Below are positions 56,040 to 64,000 of a stretch of 64,000 bases of DNA, one piece after another. How positions within the stretch are numbered: the first letter of the stretch is position 1; each line of letters starts with the position of its first letter. This DNA comes from Candidatus Elulimicrobiales bacterium (lineage in GTDB: Bacteria > Patescibacteriota > Minisyncoccia > Phycocordibacterales > UBA5272). The notes under the pieces were generated by a model. It had not been told where the DNA came from and did no database searches. It worked only from the letters and a program-made list of their open reading frames with translations. The stretch spans positions 117,003-181,002 of the forward strand of contig JAYFPW010000002.1 in the NCBI GenBank assembly GCA_034927475.1. The letters run 5' to 3'. A program made the position numbers and the translations under genes.

Positions 56040-57752
56040 TTATTTTAGATTTTTAATCTTATGAATCTCTTGATATATTTCCCCTATTCTTTGAAAATCC
56101 TCCTCTACTTTTTCAGATTTATTTTCAATAAGTTTTTTTTCTTCCTGCAAGACTTCTATTTTAAAAACTTTTGCTAAGTCTCCTAAAATCTCAGTTATAA
56201 ATTTCTTCTCATTTTCTATATATAATTTATTTTTAGATATCTCTTTTTCTATTCTAATAATTTCTTGTTCTAAAATTTCTTCTGGTAAATCTTTTTTAAA
56301 TTCTAAAAACTTTTCTTTATAAATATCTTTTGCTTCAAAAAATTTATTAAAAAATTTCTCTTCATCTAATTTTTTCCAATTTAAAATAACTAATATCTCT
56401 CTTAAGAATTTATTTTTATCTGTCAAATTAATTTCTTTGTTTATAGAAGAGATATTTTCTTCCACGTTTTCCACTTTCACTCTTTTTAATTCATTTAAAA
56501 TATCGATCTCTTGAACATTTAATTTAGAAGCAAGATATTTTATAAAATAAGCTCTATCGATATCACTTTCTATAGCTCTTAAAAATGGTAAAACTTCTTT
56601 TCTAACTTCTCTTCCTCTCTCTCTTTCATCGTTATTCTTTTCAAAAATATTATTTACTAAATATTCTATTAGATGTACTCTTTTAGAAATTAAATCTTTC
56701 CAAACCTCCCCTCCAAATTCTTTGATCAAATCTGCAGTATCTTTTACATTTTCTTTTTTTGGAATAATATACACATCTAAACCTCCATAAAGAGCTAAAA
56801 ATGCACATTTTTTCATAGCATTTTCCCCAGCTTCATCTTGATCAAAAGATAAGAGAACTTTATCAGCAAATCTTTTCAAGATTTTAATATGTTCATCTGT
56901 AACAGCTGTTCCAGAAGTTGCAACAACATTTGTAACTTCCGCTTGATGACTCATAATGAGATCCATCTGCCCCTCAACTAAAATAGCCTCTCTTTTGTCT
57001 GCTATACTTTTTTTAGCCAAATCGTATCCGAAAAGGATTTTGCTTTTATGGTAAATTGGTGTCTCTGGAGAATTTATATATTTAGCTGTTTTTCCATCAT
57101 CAAATTTTGGGAGTATCCTGGCAGAAAAACCTACAATATTTCCAAAAGTATTTTTTATTGGAAACATTACTCTCCCTCTAAATCTATCAAAATATTTGTC
57201 TTCATTTTCTTTTTTAAATACAAGTCCGGCTTCAATCATTTCTTCTGGAGAAAATCCTTCTTTAGAAAGATAAATAAAAATATCTCTCCAACCAAAATCT
57301 GCACCCAAAGAAAAACCTATATTAAATTTTTTTATCGTTTCAGAAGTCAAACCCCTATCTCCTAAATAAGCTTTTACTTCTGCCGAATTTTGTAAATTCT
57401 CTTCGTATCGTTTATTTGCTTTTTGAACTAAAGAAATTAAGTTTGGCTCCTTATCTTTTTCTTCTTTTTTATATGGTGACAATTTTATTCCAGCACGATC
57501 AGCTAAAATAGTTAGAGCTTCATAAAAAGGTACCGCTTCCATCTTTTCTACAAAAGAAAAAATATCTCCATGTTCACCACAACCAAAACAATGATAAGTT
57601 CCTCTATCTGGAGACAGAAAAAAACTTGGAGTCTTTTCATTATGAAAAGGACATCTGGCTTTAAATTGAGATCCGGCTTTTTCAACACGAATATAAGTAG
57701 ATACTACGTCTAAAATAGAAAGCGCTTGTTTTACCTGATCTTTAGGATTCAT
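56040..57752 (-). CDS. dnaG: DNA primase
   Basis: CPFHNEKTPSF, HCFGCG, DRFRGR.MFPI, KYINSPET, VEGQMD, FDQD.AG. Confidence 0.96.
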   Translation of the reverse strand: MNPKDQVKQALSILDVVSTYIRVEKAGSQFKARCPFHNEKTPSFFLSPDRGTYHCFGCGEHGDIFSFVEKMEAVPFYEALTILADRAGIKLSPYKKEEKDKEPNLISLVQKANKRYEENLQNSAEVKAYLGDRGLTSETIKKFNIGFSLGADFGWRDIFIYLSKEGFSPEEMIEAGLVFKKENEDKYFDRFRGRVMFPIKNTFGNIVGFSARILPKFDDGKTAKYINSPETPIYHKSKILFGYDLAKKSIADKREAILVEGQMDLIMSHQAEVTNVVATSGTAVTDEHIKILKRFADKVLLSFDQDEAGENAMKKCAFLALYGGLDVYIIPKKENVKDTADLIKEFGGEVWKDLISKRVHLIEYLVNNIFEKNNDERERGREVRKEVLPFLRAIESDIDRAYFIKYLASKLNVQEIDILNELKRVKVENVEENISSINKEINLTDKNKFLREILVILNWKKLDEEKFFNKFFEAKDIYKEKFLEFKKDLPEEILEQEIIRIEKEISKNKLYIENEKKFITEILGDLAKVFKIEVLQEEKKLIENKSEKVEEDFQRIGEIYQEIHKIKNLK

Positions 57753-57876
57753 AATTAAATACATTTTAACAGAAATACAAAAATAAAGGAAAAAGACTTA
57801 CCCTTTACAAAACCTAAAAAAAGTGATAGATTTCAAGTAGTTAAAATAAAGTTAAACAATTTAAAACTCATTGAAA

Positions 57877-58503
57877 ATGAAAGACTTTGACGATTTAGAC
57901 GATTATGATCTTGAATGGGAGAAAGAACAAAAAGAACTTAGACGTAAAAATCTTACTAATAGAATAGTAATATTTTTAGCTGTGGTAATTGTGCTCGGAA
58001 TATCTCTTTTTATCTTTAGAAAGACTATTCTGAATATTTTTAGTCTTGTGATAAACCCTTTTACAGGTAAGGAGTTGCCGCCAATTAATTTTCTAAAACT
58101 TATTTGGTATTTTTTCTTTATCTTTATAGGAGGGTTCTTCTTAAACACATATACGTCTTTGATCATTCTTTGTTTAAGAAAAATGTTTACTGAGGAAGCT
58201 CTTGAAAAAGATTGGAGTTTTTCAGACGCAAATTCAAGAATTTTAGCAGTTGCTTTTTCTCACCATTTTAAAAATGGTTGTAACCTTGCATGGTTTCTAG
58301 GAATTTTGTATATAGTGGCTATAATCTTTTTTAGTAAGATTACATCTTTTTTACTAGGATTTTATATCTTAGCAATCTTTTATATACTTGTAGCAAGTAT
58401 ATATACTTTTATAAATGTATTAATAGATTCGCTGATAATAAGAATTATTACAAAAGAAGAAAAAGAGAGACGGGAAAAAGAAGAGAATGAGAAAGAAGCT
58501 TAA
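57877..58503 (+). CDS. Hypothetical four-TM membrane protein
   Basis: Long hydrophobic ORF; promoter TTTACA-17-TAGATT at 57804-57832. Confidence 0.7.
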   Translation: MKDFDDLDDYDLEWEKEQKELRRKNLTNRIVIFLAVVIVLGISLFIFRKTILNIFSLVINPFTGKELPPINFLKLIWYFFFIFIGGFFLNTYTSLIILCLRKMFTEEALEKDWSFSDANSRILAVAFSHHFKNGCNLAWFLGILYIVAIIFFSKITSFLLGFYILAIFYILVASIYTFINVLIDSLIIRIITKEEKERREKEENEKEA

Positions 58504-58538
58504 ACTGATATTTTGTTAAACTTTTTAAAAATAAAAAA

Positions 58539-58934
58539 ATGAATAATGTCCTTTTCGAAAAATTTAGTGAATTAGGTATAAGTCCAATTGTTGTACTTAT
58601 ATGCCTTATGGTAATTTTATTAATTATTTATGTTACTGTAAATTTAAAAACAGTTTCAGGAAAAATAATTAATATACTTTCCATAGAAATGTTGGACCAG
58701 GAAAAAAGTAAGCTTTATTTAATTTCTTCTGAATTATTTGAGAGTTTATCTGACATCTTGAACGATACTATCCCCACCGTTGCTATTTTAACTTTAGATA
58801 TTGAATTGCCTAATAAAAAAATTATTACGGTTAAACAATATTACAAAGTAAAAGAAATGCCAAAAATTGGAGATACTGTCACTCTACAGGCTCTTCTATT
58901 CTTTACAGAAAGAAAGATTTTAATGGTTCTTTAG
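58539..58934 (+). CDS. Hypothetical membrane-anchored protein with beta-rich C-terminal domain
   Basis: N-terminal TM, TVSGKII, PKIGDTVT; second gene of the orphan unit. Confidence 0.6.
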   Translation: MNNVLFEKFSELGISPIVVLICLMVILLIIYVTVNLKTVSGKIINILSIEMLDQEKSKLYLISSELFESLSDILNDTIPTVAILTLDIELPNKKIITVKQYYKVKEMPKIGDTVTLQALLFFTERKILMVL

Positions 58935-58939
58935 CTATC

Positions 58940-58974
58940 AAAAAACGACCCAGATTGATTCTGAGTCGTTTTTT
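58940..58974. terminator. Bidirectional terminator (orphan/rpoC)
   Basis: AAAAAACGACCCAGA-TTGAT-TCTGAGTCGTTTTTT. Confidence 0.8.
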
Positions 58975-58996
58975 TATTTAAATGTTTTAATAATAT

Positions 58997-61900
58997 TTAT
59001 TCTTCTACTTCATCTATCCCTGTTCCAGCCGGAATAAGTCTACCTATAATTACATTTTCTTTAAGACCGTGTAATTTATCGACTTGTCCTCTGGTTGAAG
59101 CATTGATAAGTACTTTAGTTGTATGTTGGAAAGATGCAGAAGAAAGCCATGAATTTGTTGTTAAAGCTACTTCGGAAATTCCTAGAATTAAATTCTCTCC
59201 AGCGGCAGCTTTACCACCCTGAGCTTCAACTCTTTCGTTTTCTACTCTAAAGTCATAAACCTCAACAACATCCCCTTGAGTAAATGTTGTGTCCCCAACA
59301 TCTTTAACTTTAATTCTAGAGAACATTTGTTTAACAATGAGTTCAATATGTTTTCTAGAAATTGAAGCTCCTTGAAGTTCATAAACTTTATTGAGCTCAT
59401 TAATAATATAAGTTTCAGCTGTTTCTCTATCAGCTAGATTATAAAGTTGTTCAATATTTAGAGAACCATCTGTTAAAGCTTGTCCTTTTACAACTTTATC
59501 TCCGACTTTAACTATCGGTCTTCTAGAATAAGCCATGTCGTATTCTATTTGTAAACCTTTTTTCTTTGCTGCAGAATATGAACCATCATCATTACTTAAA
59601 ACGATAATTTTCTTCTCTTTTTTCTCTCTCTTAATTTCTACAACTTCACCGTTTGATAAAGAAATAACGCCAGGATTCTTTGGTGATCGTCTTTCAAAGA
59701 TTTCTGCCACACGAGGAAGACCTTGGGTAATGTCGACTCCTGCCACACCTCCTGAGTGGAATGTACGCATTGTAAGCTGTGTTCCAGGCTCTCCAATAGC
59801 TTGAGCAGCCACAATTCCCACAGCTTCACCGACTTTAACTGACTCATTTCTTGCCAAGTCTAATCCGTAACATTTTTGACAAACTCCACGAAGAGATTCA
59901 CAAGACAAAGGTGAAAATACATATGCTTCTTCTATATTATTTTCTTCCACGACTTTTGAATCTTCTTTTTTTACTAAATACCCTTTCTTAAATAAAACCT
60001 TTCCTTCTTTATCCAAAAGATCTTGCGCCAAAACTCTTCCACGAATACTTTTTGAAAGAGGTATTTCAATTCCTAAAACATTTTCTGTTCTTAGAATTTT
60101 TCCTTTTTTGGTTCCACAATCTTTTTCTGAAATAACTAAATCTTGAGAAACGTCTACAAGTCTTCTTGTAAGATATCCAGCTTCAGCTGTTTTGAGAGCG
60201 GTGTCAGAAGTACCTTTACGAGCTCCATAAGTAGTAATAAAGTATTCAATTGGAGAAAGCCCTTCTTTGTTTGAAGAAATAATTGGGAAGTCGATATTTT
60301 TTCCTAAAGAGTTCGCAATAATACCTTTCATTCCAGCAATTTGAATAAGCTGTTTCATTGAACCTCTAGCTCCGGAAGTTACCAAGTTATAAACTGAACC
60401 ATATTTATCAATTGATTTTGTTGGCATGATAGCTTCAATTTCTTTTCTGATATTCAACCAATTTTCTATAACTTTTTCATATTTTTCTTCTTCAGAAAGA
60501 TATCCTTCGTCGAAGTGATGGTTAATTTTTTGTTCCTCTTTTTTTCCTTTTTCAATAATATCAGTTTTTTCTTCTGGAACTTTTACAGCATCAATACTCC
60601 AAGTTGTTCCGGAAATTGTTGCATATTTGAAACCAAAACTTTTAATTTTATCAATAATTTTTGGTGCCGCATCAAAACCGTATTGAGTAATAATTCTATC
60701 GACAATTTTATTCATACCATTTCCTCCGATTTGCTCATTAATATATTCGAAATCATCTGGAAGAATAGAGTTGAATAATAATCTACCTACAGTAGTAGTA
60801 AATCTTTGTCCATTATATTTTTTATATTTAACTTTATCTGTTGGAATTACTTCTATTTTTGCTCTAACATCTAAGATTCCAAACTCATGTGCTGTAATAG
60901 CATCATTTGGGGAACCGAAATATTTTCCTTCACCAAGAGCTCCTTCAATTTCAGTAGTAAGCCAGAAACATCCAAGTATCATGTCCATACGCGGATTGAC
61001 AATTGAGTCTCCAGATCCTGGTTTTAGAAGATTTTTATTAGAAGCCATAATTTCTCTAGCTTCAGTTTGAGCTTCTTCTGAAAGTGGTAAGTGGACAGCC
61101 ATTTGGTCACCGTCAAAGTCAGCGTTGAAAGCTGTACAAACTAATGGGTGAAGTTGAATTGCATTTCCTTCAATCATTTTTGGCTTGAAAGCTTGAATAC
61201 CTAATCTGTGAAGTGTTGGAGCACGGTTCAATAGAACATATTTTCCTTCAATAACCTCTTCCAAAATTTCCCAAACTTCAGGAATCCCATCTTCAATTAA
61301 TTTATTTGCGCCGCGAATATTGAAAGTAAATTCTCTTTCTAAAAGCTTTGAGATTACAAAAGGTTTGAATAGTTCAAGAACCATATGTTTTGGAAGTCCA
61401 CATTCATCTAATGCTAAATCTGGACCAATCACAATCACTGAACGTCCTGAATAATCTACGCGCTTTCCAAGCAGATTTTGTCTGAAAAGTCCTGATTTGG
61501 ATTTAATACCATCAGCAATTGATTTAAGTTGTCTTTTTTGACCAACAATAGTCATAGCTTCTTGCCCTCTTCTCATAGAATTATCAATCAAAGCGTCTAT
61601 AGCTTCTTGCAAAATTCTTTTTTCATTTCTTAAAATCACATCTGGAGCATTAATTTCACGAAGTTTAAGAAGACGATTATTTCTATTTATAACTCTTCTA
61701 TAAAGATCGTTTACATCGCTAGTTGCATATCTACCACCTTCAAGAGCAACCATTGGGCGAATTCCAGGAGGAATAACTGGTAAGGCTGTCATAAACATCC
61801 ATTCTGGGCGAATTCCAGCATTCTTAAATGCGCGAACCAAAGAAAGTCTTTTTTCTTCTTTTTCTCTTTCTAGAGAAGAGATTTTTTCGAGCTTACCTTC

Positions 61901-62602
61901 AATTTCTTTTTCTAAATCATCGAGATTTATGTTTTTAAAGATATTGTAAATTGCTTCGGCGCCGATTTCAGCTTCAAAGGCAATACTATATCTCATGGAA
62001 TATCTATGATAAGTTATTTCATCTAAAATCTTTTTCTCACGAATATCTTCGATTTCTTTTTTTGTGGCAAGCATTAATTCTTTTAGCTTTTCTTTAGTTT
62101 TTTCATCTGTTGCAGATTTAATTTTTGCTTTAAATTCAGAATCAAGATTTTTTAGAAGTTCTTCTTTTTCTCTCTCATTAACTTTAGTAATAATGTAGTT
62201 AGCAAAATAAACTACCTTTTCAACTTCACCTGTAGGTTCACCGAGAATTAAAGCAATTCTAGAAGGAATGCCTCTCAAGAACCAAATATGAGCCACAGGA
62301 GTGTCTAATTCTATATGTCCCATTCTTTCACGTCTAACTATAGATTTTGTCACTTCTACTCCACATTTCTCACAAACAATATCTTTATATCTAATTCTTC
62401 TATATTTTCCACAATAACATTCATAGTCTTTTTCGGGACCAAAAATCTTTTCATCAAAAAGACCAGCTCTTTCACTTCTCCCTGTACGATAATTGATAGT
62501 TTCAGGTTTGGTTACTTCACCATAACTCCAAGAACGAATAGCTTCTGGTGAGGCGATTTTTATTTGCAAAGCGTCAAAATCTGTTGTGTCAATTGTTTTC
62601 AT
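58997..62602 (-). CDS. rpoC: RNA polymerase beta' subunit
   Basis: KPETINYRT, LLGKRVDYSGRSVI, NADFDGDQM, GEPGTQLTMRTFH. Confidence 0.98.
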   Translation of the reverse strand: MKTIDTTDFDALQIKIASPEAIRSWSYGEVTKPETINYRTGRSERAGLFDEKIFGPEKDYECYCGKYRRIRYKDIVCEKCGVEVTKSIVRRERMGHIELDTPVAHIWFLRGIPSRIALILGEPTGEVEKVVYFANYIITKVNEREKEELLKNLDSEFKAKIKSATDEKTKEKLKELMLATKKEIEDIREKKILDEITYHRYSMRYSIAFEAEIGAEAIYNIFKNINLDDLEKEIEGKLEKISSLEREKEEKRLSLVRAFKNAGIRPEWMFMTALPVIPPGIRPMVALEGGRYATSDVNDLYRRVINRNNRLLKLREINAPDVILRNEKRILQEAIDALIDNSMRRGQEAMTIVGQKRQLKSIADGIKSKSGLFRQNLLGKRVDYSGRSVIVIGPDLALDECGLPKHMVLELFKPFVISKLLEREFTFNIRGANKLIEDGIPEVWEILEEVIEGKYVLLNRAPTLHRLGIQAFKPKMIEGNAIQLHPLVCTAFNADFDGDQMAVHLPLSEEAQTEAREIMASNKNLLKPGSGDSIVNPRMDMILGCFWLTTEIEGALGEGKYFGSPNDAITAHEFGILDVRAKIEVIPTDKVKYKKYNGQRFTTTVGRLLFNSILPDDFEYINEQIGGNGMNKIVDRIITQYGFDAAPKIIDKIKSFGFKYATISGTTWSIDAVKVPEEKTDIIEKGKKEEQKINHHFDEGYLSEEEKYEKVIENWLNIRKEIEAIMPTKSIDKYGSVYNLVTSGARGSMKQLIQIAGMKGIIANSLGKNIDFPIISSNKEGLSPIEYFITTYGARKGTSDTALKTAEAGYLTRRLVDVSQDLVISEKDCGTKKGKILRTENVLGIEIPLSKSIRGRVLAQDLLDKEGKVLFKKGYLVKKEDSKVVEENNIEEAYVFSPLSCESLRGVCQKCYGLDLARNESVKVGEAVGIVAAQAIGEPGTQLTMRTFHSGGVAGVDITQGLPRVAEIFERRSPKNPGVISLSNGEVVEIKREKKEKKIIVLSNDDGSYSAAKKKGLQIEYDMAYSRRPIVKVGDKVVKGQALTDGSLNIEQLYNLADRETAETYIINELNKVYELQGASISRKHIELIVKQMFSRIKVKDVGDTTFTQGDVVEVYDFRVENERVEAQGGKAAAGENLILGISEVALTTNSWLSSASFQHTTKVLINASTRGQVDKLHGLKENVIIGRLIPAGTGIDEVEE

Positions 62603-62637
62603 ATGTTTATTTATATATTTTAATTTTTAGCTTTTAA

Positions 62638-63999
62638 TTAATCTTTGATTTCGATTACATCGTCTTCACCTAATAATTTTTCTTTTTGTGATTTTAATTT
62701 TTTACCCTCTTTAATTAAAGGTAATACATCCAAACCAAGTCCTCTAAGTGTATTTAAAAGAACATTTAAGGAAGCTGGTGTGTTTGGTTCTTTAATAGGT
62801 TCATCTTTAATGATATTGTTAAAAGCGTCGGATCTACCAACAATATCATCAGATTTAATAGTTAATATTTCACGCAAAGTGTGAGCAGCTCCATAACCTT
62901 CGAGTGCCCAGACCTCCATTTCTCCAAATCTCTGACCTCCATTTTGACTTTTTCCACCAAGAGGTTGTTGTGTAATAAGAGAGTATGGGCCAATACTTCT
63001 GGCGTGAATTTTATCTTCCACCATATGATGAAGTTTGAGCATATACATAACTCCAATAGCTACTTTGTCAGCAAATTTTTCTCCAGTTCTACCATCATAT
63101 AAATCTACTGTTCCAGAAGCTTCGTACCCAGCTTTTATTAACTCTTCTTTTATTTCATCATCGCTAGCTCCAGAGAAAACAGGAACTATAGCTTGATAAT
63201 TTAATGTTTGAGCTGCTAAACCTAAATGCATTTCTAATATTTGGCCGATATTCATACGACTTGGGATACCAAGCGGTGTCAAAATAATATCTACAGGTTC
63301 ACCATCAGCTGTAAACGGCATATCTTCCTCAGGTAAAACTTTTGAAATAACCCCTTTATTTCCATGTCTTCCAGCGAGCTTATCCCCAACAGAAATATCA
63401 CGAAGTTGTGCTACTTCAATATGAATTCTTTTGATAACTCCACTTTCTAATTGATCACCTCTTTCTCTTGTGAAAACTTTAATACCAATAACCCTTCCTC
63501 TTTTTCCATTAGCTAGTCTGAGTGAAGTATCTTTAACATCTCTAATCTTTTCACCAAAAATACTTCGAAGAAGTCTTTCTTCAGGTGTTAATTCTGTTTC
63601 TCCTTTTGGAGTAATTTTACCAACCAAAATATCTCCAGCACGAATGTCAGCTCCGATTCTGATAATTCCATCTTCATCTAAGTTTTTTAGTTTTGATTCT
63701 CCAACATTTGGAATGTCGTGAGTTGTAACTTCCGCTCCTAATTTTGTATCACGAACATTACAAATAAACTCTTCAACATGAATTGAAGAGAATTTTTTCT
63801 CTCTTACTAATTTTTCAGAAATAATAATCGCGTCTTCATAGTTCGCTCCATTCCAACTCATAAAAGCAACACGTATATTGTGTCCAATTGCGATTTGTCC
63901 ACCACGAGTTGATGAAGAATCTGCAATAACTTGACCCTTTTTCACTTTATCTCCAATATTTACAATTGGTCTTTGGTAAAAGACTGTGAAGTTATTTGT
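62638..63999 (-). CDS. rpoB: RNA polymerase beta subunit (C-terminal part, runs off window)
   Basis: [39 protein letters not shown]; frame open to the window end. Confidence 0.98.
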   Translation of the reverse strand, partial: TNNFTVFYQRPIVNIGDKVKKGQVIADSSSTRGGQIAIGHNIRVAFMSWNGANYEDAIIISEKLVREKKFSSIHVEEFICNVRDTKLGAEVTTHDIPNVGESKLKNLDEDGIIRIGADIRAGDILVGKITPKGETELTPEERLLRSIFGEKIRDVKDTSLRLANGKRGRVIGIKVFTRERGDQLESGVIKRIHIEVAQLRDISVGDKLAGRHGNKGVISKVLPEEDMPFTADGEPVDIILTPLGIPSRMNIGQILEMHLGLAAQTLNYQAIVPVFSGASDDEIKEELIKAGYEASGTVDLYDGRTGEKFADKVAIGVMYMLKLHHMVEDKIHARSIGPYSLITQQPLGGKSQNGGQRFGEMEVWALEGYGAAHTLREILTIKSDDIVGRSDAFNNIIKDEPIKEPNTPASLNVLLNTLRGLGLDVLPLIKEGKKLKSQKEKLLGEDDVIEIKD

Positions 64000-64000
64000 T

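Noticed and set aside
4354-58974. Orphan units as integron cassettes
   Set aside because: No integron integrase and no consistent RYYYAAC..GTTRRRY attC structure; the units carry their own promoters and are dispersed rather than arrayed
193-63721. Remaining 60-160 aa track ORFs nested in or antisense to core genes
   Set aside because: Fully overlap confidently identified genes and lack independent signals; expected shadow frames
1-64000. Alternative genetic code (UGA=Gly) as in Gracilibacteria/Absconditabacteria
   Set aside because: Core genes are full length under code 11, TGA ends scpA, and an SPF-type RF2 is present

Overview
Very AT-rich bacterial chromosome segment that reads in the standard genetic code. 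Gene content (shortened RF2, shortened Smc, truncated RelA/SpoT, FtsQ-like remnant, membrane+TPR protein, DUF2207) suggests a reduced Patescibacteria/CPR (Parcubacteria-like) genome; this is inferred, not proven. The backbone is housekeeping: UvrD-nuclease, PD-(D/E)XK nuclease, Pif1-like helicase, sufB/sufD, serS, dus, dnaX, gltX, murG-ftsW-mraY, dac, scpAB, trpS, ftsEX, prfB, trmD-khpA-rpsP, rnr, dprA, uppP, smc, topA, rel, parB, sanA, miaA, gatB, obgE, rpoD-dnaG, rpoC-rpoB and six tRNAs. No transposase, integrase, CRISPR or RT is visible. The unusual layer lies between the core genes: (1) about 13 stand-alone orphan mini-units (near-consensus TTGACA-17-TAnnnT promoter, often a boxA-like GTTCTTT leader motif, a small mostly hydrophobic ORF, a terminator), including four ORFs missing from the ORF track; (2) three promoter-bounded, strand-asymmetric structured ncRNA candidates at about 13.8, 37.0 and 39.5 kb; (3) core genes and tRNAs mostly preceded by their own TGnTAnnnT -10 element with very short, SD-less leaders; (4) a hinge-less 790-aa Smc alongside intact ScpA/ScpB.
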